DNA of 64,000 nucleotides from Mytilus californianus. Its lineage: Eukaryota. The translations under genes and the position numbers were made by a program. A model generated the notes under the pieces. The model was not told where the DNA came from, did no database searches, and worked only from the letters and a program-made list of their open reading frames with translations. The first letter of the stretch is position 1, and each line of letters starts with the position of its first letter. This document shows positions 38,501 through 50,500 of the stretch, in pieces. The stretch is taken from contig NW_026262674.1 of NCBI RefSeq assembly GCF_021869535.1, forward strand, positions 2,852,001 through 2,916,000, written 5' to 3'.

Positions 38501-41500
38501 TAAGCGGGTTGTCTTCAAAAGACTCATTAGTGACGCTCGAATCAGAAAAGTTAAAAAGGCCAAATAAAGTACGTAGTTGAAGAGCATTAAGGACCCAAAA
38601 CCCAGAAAGGTTTTGCCAAATACATGCCAAGGTAATATATTCCTGAATAGTGATCTTCCTCCTCTTCCCAATGGACATTGGAATGCAAAATAAAGGCAAA
38701 AGTAGTATACCGCTGTTCGAAATTCATAAATCGGTTGAGAAAAAACAAATCCGGGTTACAAACTAAAACTGAGGGAAACACATCAAATAAAAGAGGAGAA
38801 CTACGACACAACAGAAACACTGTTTTAAAACAAAACATGTTTAACAAAAAATGTTACTAATGGCTAAAAAGTTAACTGAAATGTTGCCTCATCGAACATC
38901 AGAACAGCTTTCATCATGTTATATGCTGCATTTCGTCATGTTTTAAGCTGCATTCATCATTCTATAAGCTGAAACTTCGCCGCAACTCTGCTAAAAATAA
39001 AAAAAGCTAGGAAACCAAGTGAGCTATCAAAACAACAGAAAAAAATATGCACCAGAAGGGTCAGCAAATATTTGCGTTTCTCCTGTTGTCGAAAATGAGT
39101 CAAAACCACTGTTTAATACAATACCGGAGTCGAAGAGTCAACAAAACGGAAAATTCCGATATCAAAATTAAAAAAGGTATGCATTATTGAAACACCTATA
39201 TAACTGCACAAAATTGAAATGAACAGTACATTTTTACCATTTATCTTTTTTGTATTAACGACATCTGTTTTATTAATTATATTCCTGTTTAAATATGTCT
39301 AACACGTGTTATCATTTGCCGCAGGACTGTTCTGCTACACATGTTTTAAAGCCAAGAACCCAGACCTTTGCCATGCTGACACACAATGTGAATTAGAAAA
39401 GGTAACACATGTTATGATTGATGAAAGATCATTTGTGCTTGAAATGAATTTTACATTGCATTTCAAAATAACACCAGATTTCAGACCAGGATATTGGGTT
39501 AATTTACACGACTGTTTCCTTGCATGTGAATATTTGACGATTATGTTAAGCTTTGGACATAGTCTTACGATGCAAACAGATTTTTCATTTTGCGTTTTGG
39601 ATGAAAACATACGCGTTTGAACTCTTAAGTGGTAAACTTAGTGCAGATGTTGGGATTATGCAATGTTCTCTTCAACTTTAGGAACCAGAGAGACAAAATC
39701 TTCGAAAATCTTCGTCCTTATCATATATCCAGTTGTTTTTGGACCCAACCAAGATTTAAATTGTAAACATTCTATCGAATATGGAAGATATATTTTTTAA
39801 CTTGATGTTCCTATATTACATATTCGATACGTTTAAGTATATAGATATAAGAAGATGTGGTATGAGTGCCAATGAGACAACTTTCCATCCAAGTCACAAT
39901 TTGTAAAAGTAAACTATTATAGGTCAAAGTACGGCCTTCAACACGGCTTGGCTCACACCGAACAGCATTCTATAAAGGGCCCCAAAATGACTAGTGTAAA
40001 ACCTTTCAAACAGGAAAACCAATGTTTTCAGTTGTGTTGCTTTCCTGAAATTTCATTTATCCTTATTTTTTTTCAGAACGATCAACTTTGTGGAACTCGC
40101 AGGTATAGAGATATCCATGGGTCAACATCGTATGAAAAAGGATGCGTGCCTAAATTAGTGAGTCCAATATTCATCCGCTATGTATATTACTTAATTTATT
40201 TTACTTGGTCGTGCATTTATACGATATTTTAATACATTATAGTTATTGAAAGGGAGAAAAAGATTTTGGCCTCATTGTTTTTAAAACAAAACCTGATCTA
40301 AGATATTTAACAAGGCTTATAACTTGGAACGCCAGTTTTGTTCCTTTTTCACCACGAATGTGACCTACCGAATTAGACTATTTACCGGATTTGTAATAAC
40401 ATGAGCAACACGACGGGTGCCACATGTGGAGCAGGATCTGCCTACCCTTCCGGAACACCTGAGATCACCGCCAGTTTTTGGTGGGGTTCGTGTTGTTTAG
40501 TCTTTAGTTTTCTATGTTGTGTCTTGTGTACTATTTTTTGTCTGTTTGTCTTTTTATTTTTTAGCCATGGCGTTGTCAGTTTATTTTCGATCTATGAGTT
40601 TGACTGTCTTTTTGGTATCTTTCGCCCCTCTCTCGTCAAAGTAAGACTTACATTTTTGTACTAGTGGCGATACCAAAAAAGGGACAATCTTAAATTGAAA
40701 AGGGTCAGATAATGCAAACATACAAAGATTTACAAATCGAGTATTGATTAAAAGTAAAAATCATAAATAACTAAATTTGTAATTTTCTTTCATTTGAACA
40801 TCTCTAATTTATTTCTTCTTCCAAATATGCTTCCATATACTAATGTTTTGTCTCTGTTGTCTGTCTGTCCTGGTTACTTTCTTCTCCTTTGTTCTTGTGC
40901 TGTTATATAGACATGCGTCTTTTCCGTGTCTGTCTGTCCTGGTTACTTTGTTCTAGTTTGTCCTTGTGCTGCCATATAGACATGTGTCTTTTCTGTTGTC
41001 TGATTGTCCTGGTTTCTATCTTCCCTTTTGTTTTTATGTTGTAATCTTGGTATTCTATATATCTCTTATATTACTTGTATTACTGCGACAAGACTAGTCG
41101 TTACATTCTTATTAACCAATTTACTTTCATATTAAGACCATATTAAAAAATGACTGGTTTAATTATCTTCGGGAATTTCCAAGTGTTATATTACTTCATT
41201 TTCTGAAAGCTCTTTCACATATGAATCTCATTTTTATTATTTTAGCGTATACGTCTTATCATCTCGAGGTAACATGTCTGTTGGATTTTGAGCATTTTTA
41301 ATATTCTTAACTTAATATTCCGTTGTGGCATATGCTACTGGCTACTTACATTTCATAAGTACCCTTTGAATTACTGTTCTGTTAGTATAATTTGCACCCC
41401 CGGTTTTTGATGGGGTTCGTGTTGCTCAGTCTTTAGTTAACTATGTTGTATTTTTGCATATTGTTGTTTTTTGTTTGTCTATTGGCCTTGTTCTGTTTTT

Positions 41501-44500
41501 GCCCTGGTATTGTCAGTTTATTTCGACTTATGAGTTTTAATGTCCCTTCGGTATCTTTCGTCTCTCTTTTCTGTTGATTGTCCTGTCAAATGCTCTACGA
41601 ATACATCTTTTCAAGTAACTGACGTTTATTCTTCCATCAATAGAAACGGGGTATAAGAGTTACTGTGACACTTTCTACTAAATGAATTCTATACATGAAA
41701 AATCCGAAAATATATTAGCGTTTATATACCATTTACGTCCATCTCTTAATACCATTTTATTAAAAACGTGTGACTTCTCACCCTCTTCACAAGTTCTTAT
41801 TCTAAATTTACAGACAAACTGAAAGAAAAGTCAAACTTTGCATTGATTAAATAAATTGACCATCGTAGAATCAAATATCTTGTTTTAGGCAAAGAGAAGT
41901 CATAACTTCATAAAATCTCTTCGGCTTCAGCAAAAAGTTATCTTATACATTAGCAAAACCTTGATATGTTGATTAACAATGCATGCAGATTGTTATTTGT
42001 TCGTGGACATGTTTTTTTAATAGACTGTATTCCTATGAGAAACAACTGTGTTACTTTGATAGCAGCCTAGCTTTTTTATTCGTACTCGGAAATGTTCCAC
42101 CTTTCCTTGCTACAGCTGCCTTGTTTCTTTCACCGAGTGTTTTTGGTAGAGTTCATGATATGTTTCTGCCTTTTTTTTCTCGGTTATTTTTTTCATGTTG
42201 TTTGCCTTTTCGTCTTTGTTTCTGTCTAACAGATGGTAATCTACATCGACTAAAGATTTAGGTTGACCTTTAGGGTGTCCTTAACCTCGTATTTTTAAGA
42301 ACCAAACCATTTACAATATCTTATCTGTCGTGAGTGACTAATTGCATCTTACTTTATTGCATTGTTTATGTTTATAATAAATCCAATGTTGACCAAGTTT
42401 CAATTATTGTCCATTAATTATAAGACATTAGTGGTACTGATCTATTTCAATTTTTCTTAAATTCTTTTATCCACATGTGAGACGAATAGTTTAAAGTACC
42501 AAGTCATGAATACGACAGTTTTTATCACATAGTCCGTTTCTATGTATGTTGGCGTTTGTTTTTGTAGCAGTTCAGTGTTTCTGTTGTTCCGTTTTGTTTC
42601 CTCTTATAGTTGATGTGTTTCCGTCAGTTTTAGTTTGTGACCCTGATTTGTTTCAGTTAAATCGATTTATGACTATTGAGCAGCGGTATACTACTATTGC
42701 CTTTATTTAATACATTGTTTCTTGCAATTTTTATCAGATGTGTCCGAATTCAAGAACTATTGACCAGTTTAGCCCTGTCGGACGCCGTCGCCGTCGCCAG
42801 ACCGAAGACGTCATACAATGTTGCGACACTGATTATTGCAATAAAGATCACTTCAAATCAGGTATGGAGCGTCAACAAATTTGAATAAGCACTGTCATAC
42901 GTTTACGACCCCAAATATGGAATTTAATAACTCCGTATATATCGTATTAGGTCACACTGTGTAACGAATTTATCTTACCGACTATCTTAATATTGGGGAA
43001 AAACGTATAGCAAAAATACTGAACTTCAAGGCAAATTCAAAAATGGGAAGTCCATAAAAACTGACAAAATCAAACGCTATCAATCAACGAAACAAGTGAA
43101 AAACAACTGCCATATTCGTATTAATATTTAGACGTAGTTGTAAACCTTGATATCACAATTTTAGCACATCATTAAACAGAGCATTCAATTTTTACAATGA
43201 GAAAGTCACCGTCAATAAGACATGTTTTTGTCTAAAAAGCATAACAAATTATAATTATGCATGCTGACAATGTATATTAATTTGAGAACAACACCGGTTT
43301 TTGCTTAAAGAACGTAACTCTACTACTAACAGTGCAGTGTATTTAAGATAATCCACGCCACTGGCTGTGTATTCAACAAAATTCACGTCCACTGACTTAT
43401 ATCTGATATATACGGTTCCCATGTTTGCTTAGAAATGAAAAAAAGGTGAAGCAGCGGAATAGCTTGAGTCCCTCATTGTTTAGGTACTTTTTTTTTTTTG
43501 ATAAAAATGATTCCGTGTCTTTGGGCAAAACATTGACATGACATAATACATATTAAGTTCGATAAAGCCTTTGCAACCATGACTGATATCGATATCTCAC
43601 CGATGTATGATACAGTCATTGATTGTATTAAACTATCGACTTTTATTTTTAACTTAAAAGTATGATAAAATCCAAAATATCATATAATAGTTAAATTTAG
43701 TTTATGGAAGAATATTATTCCATGTTTAGAGAGCCAGAGACAGGAGCAAGAATGTATGGAACTAACTGTGACATTTATCGTTGACAGATAGATTTCAAAA
43801 ATTGAAAACACAATTATTGTTAAAGAAAAGTATGATAAAAAACTTTCGAATATAGATAAAAGTTTAAAACTATATCTTTATATGAAATATGAAAATTAAA
43901 TTAAAATGGAGGACTACATTTTCAAACATTAATATAATAGTCAACTTTTAACAAAGGTCCGTATAAATGACCACAACAAGGTAGTCAAATTAGGTCGATA
44001 CAAAACAATTCGAAGAAAACATAGAACTTGTAAAATATTAGATGATGAGGAACACTTTTCCTTATCAAATTAATACAAATATTAGAATTTTTGTTAAAAA
44101 TGTTTTTTTAGAAAACACCTTTTTTGGTATAGAACTTCAGAGAGTATGAAGCCACACTGTCATAATCTTAAAAATTATCTGCAAAAAGAGTGAAGAACAG
44201 TTGAATATCTAACCAACAGGGCGACGGACGACGATCGACCTATAAATTTGCAGGTGTCAGGTGTGCAATTTTGAAGCACAACATAAAATCTTTTCTTTGT
44301 TTGATACTTGTTGGTATAACGACCAAAGAATCATATAAAAGAAAATCATTCAACAGACGTTAACAATATCAAATCGATTGAAAAATAAAATAAAATAAAT
44401 TCTTATCTTTTTTAATTTTTTTTTCTCTCCGCTTCGGTGATAAAAGATACACAGTGATAGTGATTGGGCTTTATAAAGCAAACCATGGCGTCCAGATTGA

Positions 44501-47500
44501 TCAACGATCTTTCTCAATATATTTACATATAAGTAATTATTAACTTGACTTGCTTAACTTGATTTAGGGTTGAGTTGTTTGCACCTTGTGTATAGTTGTA
44601 GTTTATGTACTGTGTATTTTTTTTGTTGTGTGTTGCATAACTTGATATAGTTTTACTTTTGCCATGAAGATTATTTAAATATTTTGGAAATAACAAAATA
44701 CACGAGGCTAAAAGAAAGTAACCGGTGCCCTATGAGCAACGACAAATCCATAAAAACAAAAGCAATAAACCACGATGTACCTGACTTTGGACATCCATAT
44801 GTACCTCGCCGTTTGTACCATACACCACAACGAAAACTTCATTTAAACTTGAGGCATAATTTTCGACAAAACTCACATCTTTGATTTGCGACAAAAGGAC
44901 AACATTGAAATACGAAAAAGGTCACACAGAAGAAAATGTCAATAAAACACAAAATGATTGTGCACGCCCAATTGAAGAATGGGGCAGAATTTTTTTGTGT
45001 TTTTTCTAAATATTTTCTGTGATCAGAAGATGTGACCGCCATGGCATGTTAACGTATATGGAGCTACGCCCCTGCTAAATCAAATAAATTTGCAAGAATA
45101 ACTGTCTAAAAAATCCTTTATGTCTTCTACTATATATAAAAAAAATATAAAAACTTATGGCATTGTCTTTATTGACTTAAACTTTTAATTTATTAATGCT
45201 TGCTTACATAATGAGCATGATTCTTATTTTAGCGCCAACGACTCCTATCCCTGATGTCTCTACAGGTTCATGTCAGTCACAAGATGTAGAGCATTGCGTA
45301 GTATGGTCACAAGCTTTGAAATCGGACATTTGTAACGAACCAATAGTGGCGAATCATTTGTGTCGTCATTTTTGTGGACGCTGCGGTGTTGAAGTGACAA
45401 CTGATCAACAAAAAAATTGTATAGACGAACCAATATGTCAGGCTTTAAGTCAACATTTTCCAATATGTTCAGACGAAATAACGGCAGTGAAAACATGTCC
45501 AAAAACCTGCAAAAGATGTGGTGACGTCATGCCTGCAACAAGTACAATTAGTTCAAGTAACATGCTATCCGAGGAAACGTCTACTATAAATTCTAGGCTT
45601 ACATCACAAACAGCTCATCCAAATGAAAGTACTGCATGTAAATATCTATTATCACGATATAATCAGAAAATCATTTGCAGCGATAAGCTTATTTCAAAAA
45701 TATGTCCACTTACTTGCAATGCTTCCGGTATAATGCAGTCATCCATCAATAGTAAAGACATAACAACTTCCGGTGGAGCCACTTATGACGGAACAACTCC
45801 TGTCTCTAGCAAGATCACACCAATTACTGCGATACCAAACTTCACCGGAAATGGTTCTCCCAATAATTCAAGTGGTGTACCAAAAATGTACAATAATACA
45901 AGTCCCACAACATCTACAACCAGTCTACCAGTGATAACCCACCCACACTGCCGTGACCTTGATCCAAATTGTCCATATTTGCAAAAAAGTGTCAACATTT
46001 GTTCTAATGCTGAAGTTGCCCTCGGTATAGGATGTCACCTGACCTGTGGATATTGCAGTAAGTTGTCTATGAAATAACACTTTTTAAAAGCTTTCTTAAT
46101 AAAGGTATATTTCTCTGTTGATTTAGATTATAAATTTTTGAAAATAATTGTCCGTTTTGTTTTGTATTTTATATACAGTTAACAACATATTTTATGAAAC
46201 TATCTGTTGATTTTTGATAACATTAATTTTTAGATACTATTACGTCTTGAAATTGTGACTAGTTCAATGATTGAAAACAACTCTTTATAAATTTCGTGCT
46301 TCCGAAGCGCTCAATAAATATATTGAGTATTACCTTAAACTCAAAATTAATCAAACTTCCAACAATTCTTTTTTCCATAAAATATTTGACAAGCACGAAT
46401 TGTTTGTTTATAGAGACAAAATTAATAATAAAAAATATAATACGTTATGAAAATTACGTCGTCAATTCAAATATTAGCAATAAATAATGAAAAAAAAAAC
46501 AAAAAAAAAAACGAGGAAGACATAAGCTTAAACTATTTTCAATGTGTCAATTATTCCCAGACATGTATGTCTGACTGATCTCTTCACTTACATATGGAAA
46601 TTGACAACGATTTTCGTTTGAGAGCACAAATGTGAAACAAATGAGCTGATTTCAACTTTCTACATGGGAATTTTCCATTTCTATGTAGCAACATATCAGC
46701 AGCGCATGCATATGGAGTAGATATCTCAAAGTAAATAAGATATTCCAGAGCTTGTGTTTTCTATCGTGATTTCCTTGATAGATGAATGCTGCTTAGGTTT
46801 CCTAGTGGTAAAATTGAAGTTATCTCTTCGAAATTAAAGTTCAGTTAACTCTACCATGCTTTGGTTGACCTGGATGAAATATCTGTTACGGTTAATACTG
46901 CCATGTGTTGCTGGAATATGAATAATATTACCTCTAAACTTGAAAGTGATTGTATCAATTTGTTAATATTTTTTTTTTAATTTGTGAATAATATCCTATA
47001 GGTAACCACTTTCCATGTGCTGATTTGGATGGTTTGACACACTATTGTCAATATGAACCTAGGGATGTTGTCTGCTATGACGAACAATCAGTAATTAAAT
47101 CTCAGTGCTATGCTACCTGTGGACACTGTGGTGAGTATGTGTGTAACTTAATTAACTTAAAATATGCTTTGGCCTTGAGCATCAGTGAAAAGACATTATT
47201 TGTTGAAATGTGGATCTGCTGCAGTAAAATTGGTATCGTTAATGTTATTACTACCACTGGGTCGATACCACTGCTTATAGACTGTTAGTCCCCCAGGGTA
47301 TCGCCAGCCCAGTAGACAGTTTTTCGGTACTGGAAGAGTACTTCGGTACTTGCAGGAAATTCGGAGATTATTTTATTTGAATTTGCTGTTATTAAATTTA
47401 AAATTCGTCTTAAATTAAGGAATGTATCTCCCTCATGCATAGTTCTGATTTTTTGTCAGGGTTTGGCGTTACTTTTGGTCGTTTTTATTATTTAATTAGC

Positions 47501-50500
47501 TCTTAAACGATTGTATTAGGTTTTGCCTTGAAAGTATTTTGGCCTAGAACATCCAGAAGAGACATTGTTTGCCGATAAAGCCTGTAAAGACAATGATACA
47601 CAACATTATTGCAAACAAATCAACATTGATGTGGACTGCTTCAACGAACAACACATAATTACTTCCGGTTGTTACTCAACATGTCATCGCTGTGGTGAGA
47701 GACATTTTAAATGAGAAACAAATTATTTTCGCGACTTTCGCCAGTCGAAAAATAATGAGAATATAAATCGTCGCGAAACCGTAACACTTGGATCTTCCCT
47801 TATTTAAATGCACTATGTAAATATGAAAATAGCGAAATTAAATCGCCGCGAAATGGACTAGAAAGGGCTAAACGCAAAAGTCATCAGTAGAAAAAATACT
47901 TTAAAAAGAATTTGCAAAACTTCACGACTCAAATTAGCACAGACAAGACCATGACACAAAGAAAAAGATGAAATGACATATAGCAGCCCAAAAAGCTCTA
48001 TGGAAGTGAATAATAATCAAGCAACTCTTTAAATATTTTCATTGACGTCATTTTTAAAATCTATTGTCCTGTCTTCATGTTTGAAATAAGTCTTTTTTTT
48101 TAACCAGATCTGTATCCAAATTCTGATGTAACACTTCCTATGGTGACAATGGATTCAACAGTTGGCTTGGTAACCAAAGAACCGGAAATCTTTCAAACGA
48201 CTCCTTTAGGTGACAAATCGTGCCTTGACCATGAAAATCAGAACATGCAATATTGCCGTCTTCTAGATAAAAATATAGTGTGTCAGAATGAATTATACAT
48301 CAAAAGTTATGGCTGTTTTTCTACTTGTTCTCGTTGTGGTAAGATATATAATAGTCCATGTACCATAATTGATCATGTGATCCCTTATCATGTGATCCCT
48401 TAAAAAAGCAGGAGGTAGGTGTAACAAATAGACTTCCTCGTCAAAAACAGGGAATCGTAGTATAATTTATTTAGCAAATGTCGATAGAATTGCAGCATCT
48501 ATACTCGAATGTGAACAAATAGAAATGAATTTTGGAACAACAATGTTTCTTTACTAGCTAGTTTGGTGGGGTTTGTGTTGCTCAGTCTTTTGTATGAGTT
48601 GGTAAACAGGTCGAATGGTTTTAAAAAGTGAAAGGAACATTGAAAGATTTCAGTTATGGTATGACTTATTTGTATTGAAGTGCAATTATAATCTAATCTA
48701 ATTTAACGTGCGGGTTTTGTTGCATGATATGCACATTTCTTCATTTACTTTCAAGTCAGAGCCAAACGTAACTAAAATGTAGAAGAATAGAGGATGTTGA
48801 AATGCCTTAACGATAAAAAACAACAATGAAATTGATCTTCCTTTGCTTTGGCGTTTGTTAAGTGCGGATCGTGTGTCATAAATAGATACACAAATTATAA
48901 CTTCTTTTCCATTATATGAAGATCAATATTTGCTGTAATTCTAAGCGAATATCCAAAATCTGAAGTATTTGAAAATTTATCTGTGGCGTTGCTGTAATAT
49001 TTGTTTCACTTATGTGTCATCAACTTATATACTAGGATAATCTTTAATCATAGTTTGATTTGATTTTGATTTTTGGTGTTTTAACGCCACTTTTAAGCAC
49101 CGCTTTTGGGCTATTTCGTGGCGGCCAGTTTTTATTGGTGGAGGAAGCCGGAGTGCCCGGAGAAAACCACCGACCTTCGATAGGAAAACTGACAATCCTA
49201 GTGAATTAAGATTGGAGTCGAGTGCACCCGCACGAGCGGGGTTCGAACTCACAACCTCAGTGTTGACTGGCTAGTGATTACAGTAGTAACTACTTAGACC
49301 ACTCGGCCACCGAGGCCCCTTTCATAGTTTGAAAATGTAAATCTAGATGTCATTATCTAATTTACATTCATGAATTTTAAGTTAATTTGGGGTATGCATC
49401 AACGGGACAATAATACAACGACATCAATAACAAAAGATACAGAGAGCAATATCAAATCTTCAACAATAGATCGCATATTTCCTTTTTCTCATATCAACAA
49501 TTGTTAAACATATGATACACGTTGATGGAATAAATGTAATTATATACTAAAGACTATTTGTCTTGTGTTCACTTGTTTTCCGTAGATCTTATTAATAAAC
49601 CAACTACAACAGAAGGACAGGAGACAACAAATAGTGAATTAAATACGGAAGGGCTCACAACTAGTTTGACAACCACTACTGGCACAGACGAAGCAATATC
49701 AGAATCCTCAACGACGAATGAACTTTCAACTACGGAAGAAATGTCGACTGTAGAAGAAACTACCGAAAAGATGTCGACTACCGACACAATATCAACAACA
49801 GAGGAAATGTCAACGACAGAAGAGGTGTCTACAACGGAAGAGGTATCAACAACTGAAGAAGTGTCAACAACTGAAGAGTTGTCAACAACAGATGAAGTGT
49901 CAACAACTGAAGATGTGTCAACAACCGAAGAGGTTACTACCACAGATGAAGCCACGACTGAGTCAATCTCGACCACAGAGGAAACCACATTAGAAGCGAC
50001 AACTGAACAAACCACAGAGCAAATGACGACAACAATTGAGCAGACGACAACAGTAGATCCGTTTGCAGCATGCAAAGGTCCTATTACAAAAAGTGAGGAG
50101 AATATATATATGTTTACGGTTGGCCTTATACAACAATATCTTTTTTTTAATCCAGCAAATTGATTTCACAAAAAAAAAACATCCAAAACAATGGAATCAG
50201 ATTTCTTCAGCCTTTAAACTTTCAGTCTCTTTAAAAATAATGTTTTGTAATTCTGTCAACAAACAACATCTTTTTTGTGTGTAAATCACATTAATGACAT
50301 AAACTGATTGATAAATGAATTAGGTATTGACAATTCACTTGGAAACTCAACATATACCCCGCGACACTTACCAAGGAGGAAACTATGGATAATCATAGGT
50401 CTTTTCTATGTTTCTTTGGAATTTCAACCAAAGATAAAAAAAAACTGGATCTACCTTCACTGTATTGGATACCTAAATTACACAAGTTTCCTGGCAAACA

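Noticed and set aside
41246-41268. Possible 23-bp microexon (tttag...gag|gtaaca)
   Set aside because: It does not fit between the phase-0 exons 40157 and 42738, which already join in frame and complete the LU domain.
41983-42261. Hydrophobic ORF and its Lys-rich antisense
   Set aside because: Intronic, compositionally biased, and broken by stops on the minus strand.
49240-49319. tRNA gene
   Set aside because: A and B boxes are present, but they continue into a SINE body, tail and TSD, and no convincing cloverleaf forms.
49569-50075. Val/Ser-rich minus-strand ORF
   Set aside because: Antisense shadow of the Thr/Glu repeat exon.
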